Source: an uncultured delta proteobacterium (GTDB taxonomy: Bacteria > Myxococcota_A > Polyangia > Polyangiales > Polyangiaceae). From it: a DNA stretch of 64,000 nt. The notes under the pieces were generated by a model that saw nothing but the letters and a program-made list of their open reading frames with translations, was not told where the DNA came from and did not search any database. Positions 60,653-64,000 of the stretch are shown in pieces; within the stretch, counting starts at the first letter, position 1; every line of letters starts with the position of its first letter. Where the stretch lies: positions 5,056,001 to 5,120,000 of the forward strand of contig CAWDXG010000004.1 of assembly GCA_963806225.1 (NCBI GenBank), in the 5' to 3' direction. Made by a program: the position numbers and the translations under genes.

Positions 60653-61372
60653 ATGTTGAAGGTGGCGCGGGCGGACTACGGAGTGGATGCGCCGGCAGTG
60701 GTGCGGAACCTGGCCGTGATCGGCGCGGCCCTGTCGGCCCTGTCGGGGCTGGGCCGGTTCGGCGGGGCTCCGTTCGGCTTTGCGCGGGCGCTGTTCTGGC
60801 CCGGGCTCTCGCTGGTCGGCACGGCTTCCTGGATGCTGTTCACGAGCCGCGTGCTCAAGCTGCGGCAGCGAGACCGCCTGATCGACGCACTCGCTCTGGA
60901 AGGGGACGAGCGTGTGCTCGACGTCGGCTGCGGTCGGGGCCTGCTGCTCGTGGGGGCGGCCCGCCGGCTGCCGCGCGGCAGGGCCGTAGGCCTCGATCTG
61001 TGGCGGAGCGCCGACCAGTCCGGCAACGATCCCGATGTCACGCGTGACAACGCGCGTGCGGAAGGTGTGGAACAGCGCATCGAGCTGACCACCGGAGATA
61101 TGCTCGAGATGCCGTTCGAGTCGGGCAGCTTCGACGCAGTCGTGTCGAGCTACGCGATCCACAACCTGCCCGGCGCGGCGGCCCGCAGCCGCGCGCTCGC
61201 GGAGATCGCGCGGGTGCTCGCGCCGGGCGGACGCGTCGAGATCATCGACATCGGCCTTTCCGGCGCCTACGCCCGGGAGCTCGAAAAGGCAGGGCTTCAA
61301 GCAGAGAGCTCGTTTGCGGGTTTCGCATTCCTGTTGCCGACCTGGCGCACCCGCGCGACGCGGTACGCGTAG
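60653..61372 (+). CDS. Membrane-anchored class I SAM-dependent methyltransferase
   Basis: DYGVDAP, two hydrophobic helices, VLDVGCGRG, FDAVVS, AIHN, LAPGG. Confidence 0.9.
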   Translation: MLKVARADYGVDAPAVVRNLAVIGAALSALSGLGRFGGAPFGFARALFWPGLSLVGTASWMLFTSRVLKLRQRDRLIDALALEGDERVLDVGCGRGLLLVGAARRLPRGRAVGLDLWRSADQSGNDPDVTRDNARAEGVEQRIELTTGDMLEMPFESGSFDAVVSSYAIHNLPGAAARSRALAEIARVLAPGGRVEIIDIGLSGAYARELEKAGLQAESSFAGFAFLLPTWRTRATRYA

Positions 61373-61416
61373 ACGCCGGGTGCGCGGGTACGGGCGGCTC
61401 CCCGTATTGCGCGGGC

Positions 61417-62181
61417 TCAGTACAGCGTTCCGGTCAGCAGGAGCTGCGGACTGCTGAGCGACTCGTGATACGTGACGCCGGCCGTCGTCATCGCGAGCGA
61501 GGCGTAGGTGTAGCGGGCCATCGCACCGAGCCCCCAGTGCCTACCAACAGACCACTCGTAGCCGGCGCCGATGCCGAAGCCTGGCCCCGTAGCGGTATCG
61601 CCGACGCTGTTTCCGTCCGGATCGCTGACGCGCAGCTGCGCGAAGCCACCCATCGCCAGGATGTGCAGCCCGTTGCTGGGCATCGGGTACCAATCGGCGA
61701 AGCCCGAGAGCGTGGCGAAGCCCAGCGAGTTCGAGCCCTGGACCGTCTGGCCGTCGGCCTGGACCCTCGGTTTGTCCGTGATAGTGGCCGAAAAGCCGCC
61801 GCCCAGCGCCAGACCGGGAACGGGGCTGCCGCCGAGCAGGACGTCGAGGGAGTAGCCGCCGCCGGACAGCTTGTCGCTCTGGCCGTCGCTGGCCGTCTCG
61901 GCGTCGGTCAGGTACGAGCCGCCGAGCGCGCCCCTCAAGTAGAACCCATGCCGGTAGTGCACCGGCGCGGGGCTGTCGGGCGCGGGGCCCAGGTCGGGCT
62001 GGGGCGGGGGAAGCGCGCGCGGCGGAGCGGGGGCGCGGCTGCCCGGAGCCCGCTGGTAGAGCGGAGCGACGGACGCGACGTTTTTCGGTTCCGCGCTTGC
62101 GGAAAGGGCTGCCCCGAGCACCACCGTGCACGCGACGAGCCCAGGCAGGATCTTCACGGCGAACCTCCGGGTTCGGGTCAT
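61417..62181 (-). CDS. Outer-membrane beta-barrel protein
   Basis: Signal peptide, HGFYLRGALG, FADWYP, GAGYEW, terminal Y. Confidence 0.7.
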   Translation of the reverse strand: MTRTRRFAVKILPGLVACTVVLGAALSASAEPKNVASVAPLYQRAPGSRAPAPPRALPPPQPDLGPAPDSPAPVHYRHGFYLRGALGGSYLTDAETASDGQSDKLSGGGYSLDVLLGGSPVPGLALGGGFSATITDKPRVQADGQTVQGSNSLGFATLSGFADWYPMPSNGLHILAMGGFAQLRVSDPDGNSVGDTATGPGFGIGAGYEWSVGRHWGLGAMARYTYASLAMTTAGVTYHESLSSPQLLLTGTLY

Positions 62182-62233
62182 GTGCCGCCTTCATCGGCGG
62201 CTCCCGCTCCCGGTTGCGTCGTTTTTCCGGAGA

Positions 62234-62968
62234 TCAGCCTCCGGCCGGCACGGGCTCCAGCGCCGAGATGACCGCGACCTGGATCTGCAGGCGGCGCTCG
62301 GGGCTGATCGGTGAGCCGTCGAGCTCGACGATCTGGAACCGGTCCTGCACGCGCTCGTCGACCGTGCGCACGGACGACTGGACGATCTGCACGCGTTGCT
62401 GGAATAGCGCACGCGCCAGCGACAGGAGCAGCCCGGAGCGATCGCCGGTTTCCACCTCGAGCGTACCGAGCGAGCCGGCGTCGTTTTCGATGAAGCGCAC
62501 GCGGGTCTCGGTGCCGGAACTGGCCGCGGAGGTTTCTGGCGCTCCAAGCGTGCCTTCCAACAGCTCGATCAGCGTGACCTTCAGCGCCTCGATCTCGTCG
62601 CTGGAAAGCGGCTCGCCGCGCGTGGGATCGCCGGTCCGGCGCACCCAGAACAGGTCCACGGCTTCACCCGCATCGGTCGGCGTATGCCGCGTGTGGGCGT
62701 CGGCGTTCACCACGTCGAGCTTCTGCACGACGAGTGCGGCGCTGATGGTGGCGAGCAGGCCCGGGCGGTCCGCGGCGACGATGCAGAGTGCCTGCGCATC
62801 GCGACGATTCGAGTCGAACACGCCGGCATTTGCGACCGCATCGCCGCGCCCCAGAGCGATGCGCGCATGCGCCGCATGCGCCGCTTCAGCGTAGCGATGC
62901 CGGTAGGTGGCGGGCAGCGACTCGACGAATTCGCGGACGTAGGCTTCCGAGGGGCCGGTGTCGGTCAC
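62234..62968 (-). CDS. Stand-alone tandem ACT-domain protein (GlnD C-terminal-like)
   Basis: ADRPGLLATIS, VDLFWV, LEVETGDRSGLL, VQDRFQI. Confidence 0.8.
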   Translation of the reverse strand: MTDTGPSEAYVREFVESLPATYRHRYAEAAHAAHARIALGRGDAVANAGVFDSNRRDAQALCIVAADRPGLLATISAALVVQKLDVVNADAHTRHTPTDAGEAVDLFWVRRTGDPTRGEPLSSDEIEALKVTLIELLEGTLGAPETSAASSGTETRVRFIENDAGSLGTLEVETGDRSGLLLSLARALFQQRVQIVQSSVRTVDERVQDRFQIVELDGSPISPERRLQIQVAVISALEPVPAGG

Positions 62969-63033
62969 CCGGCAAGTGTAGGCTCGAAATGCGTCCGACG
63001 CGTTTCGTGCGCCGGCGCCGGTACCTCTTCCGG

Positions 63034-64000
63034 CTACTTGCTCGACGCCGGGGGCGGCTTCTTGCCCGGAGCCTGCGGTAGGCCCGGGATCTGCGGGAAG
63101 TTCGTGGGAAACGTGGTCGGGATCGCCGACGGGATCTGCGGAAAGCCGCTGGGCAACTGGATGCCGGGGAACGACGGGAAACCCGGGCGGCCTGCGTCGC
63201 GTTTGGCGGCGGTGCCGCCGTCGGCCGTCGGGTGCTGAGCCGGGTGCGTGCCGCCGGTCGCCGGGTGCGTGGCGCTGGGCGGCTGGGTCTCAGCTGGCGG
63301 CGAGCCGGGTTCGATCGGCGGAGGCGTGGCTGGCGTGGGCCCTTCCTGCGCGGAGATGGTCGTGGCCGGAGTGCTGCCGCCGGCTCCCACCAGCGGTGTG
63401 AGCGGCTCGTCCGGCTGGTTCTGCCGCTGCATCACCACGACCGCGATGATGCCTCCCGTGACGAGCGCACCGGCCAGCAATGCGAGCACCGCCCCCAGTG
63501 CGCGCCGCGGCTTGCGGCGTGGCGGCATCGGCGGCGCCGTGTAGTACGACTGCGGGCTGCCGTGGTACACGGGCGCGCCCGCGATGGGGCCGGAGGCTGC
63601 GCGCCGCGCGGCGCGGCGGCCATGTGGCTCGTGCCGCCCGCAGGCATGCCGGCGGCGATCTGCTCGATGGTGCCCTTGGGTGCTTCCTGGGTGCTGCCCC
63701 TGGGTGGCGCTCCGGCCTGCGGGGCCGTGGTGTCCAGCGCGCCCGCCCTGTCGTCTGGAGGCAACGTGGGCGGAACGCCGCCGCTCGTGTCGGCGGGGCC
63801 GGACAGCACCGGCGCGTCCACGGTGGCGGGAGGGCGCGCCTGGGCGGAGACCTGGGCCTCGGGCGCAGGGATGACCGAAGCGGGAGCCGGTGTCGCTGCC
63901 AGCCGTCCGGCGTGGCTCAGCTGGCCGGCGAAGGGCGCCAGCGCCAGCCGCATGTCCATCGCGCTCGCGTAGCGCTGGTCCTTGTCTGCAGCGATGGCGT
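63034..64000 (-). CDS. C-terminal part of a membrane Ser/Thr protein kinase; apparent frameshift near 63605; 5' end outside window
   Basis: Window edge reads AIAADKDQRYASAMDMRLAL (subdomain XI-like), then a Pro-rich linker; the TM helix and Pro-rich tail are in another frame. Confidence 0.65.
   Translation of the reverse strand, partial: RHRCRQGPALRERDGHAAGAGALRRPAEPRRTAGSDTGSRFGHPCARGPGLRPGAPSRHRGRAGAVRPRRHERRRSAHVASRRQGGRAGHHGPAGRSATQGQHPGSTQGHHRADRRRHACGRHEPHGRRAARRAASGPIAGAPVYHGSPQSYYTAPPMPPRRKPRRALGAVLALLAGALVTGGIIAVVVMQRQNQPDEPLTPLVGAGGSTPATTISAQEGPTPATPPPIEPGSPPAETQPPSATHPATGGTHPAQHPTADGGTAAKRDAGRPGFPSFPGIQLPSGFPQIPSAIPTTFPTNFPQIPGLPQAPGKKPPPASSK

Overview
High-GC bacterial chromosome segment, almost certainly Myxococcota and probably Polyangiales/Polyangiaceae-like (inferred from many Gly/Pro/Cys-rich lipoproteins, CGDGxC repeats, Ser/Thr signalling genes, sigma54 motifs and ECF sigma factors). 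It is densely coding, with about 56 CDS. Core genes (pdxJ, acpS, nnr, birA, nadC, psd, prfA, rpmE, smpB and a double-length uvrA) are mixed with envelope, lipid, redox and signalling genes of unknown function. I see no rRNA, tRNA, CRISPR array, integrase, transposase or prophage, and no single unmistakable novel system. The best leads are: (1) a TetR / Coq4-motif membrane protein divergon with two related operator palindromes, inserted between pdxJ and acpS; (2) a 23-repeat, 92-cysteine lipoprotein behind a sigma54 promoter with a duplicated upstream inverted repeat; (3) an alkyl-DHAP-synthase-like flavoprotein with an extra degenerate FAD domain near psd; (4) a C39-like Cys protease plus HExxH Zn protease fusion lipoprotein; (5) a hairpin-dense 220-nt intergenic element; (6) frequent -10-box-only, apparently leaderless gene starts. 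Four apparent frameshifts (about 15607, 52154, 56834 and 63605) are most likely consensus errors. All product calls come from motif recognition; no database search was run.
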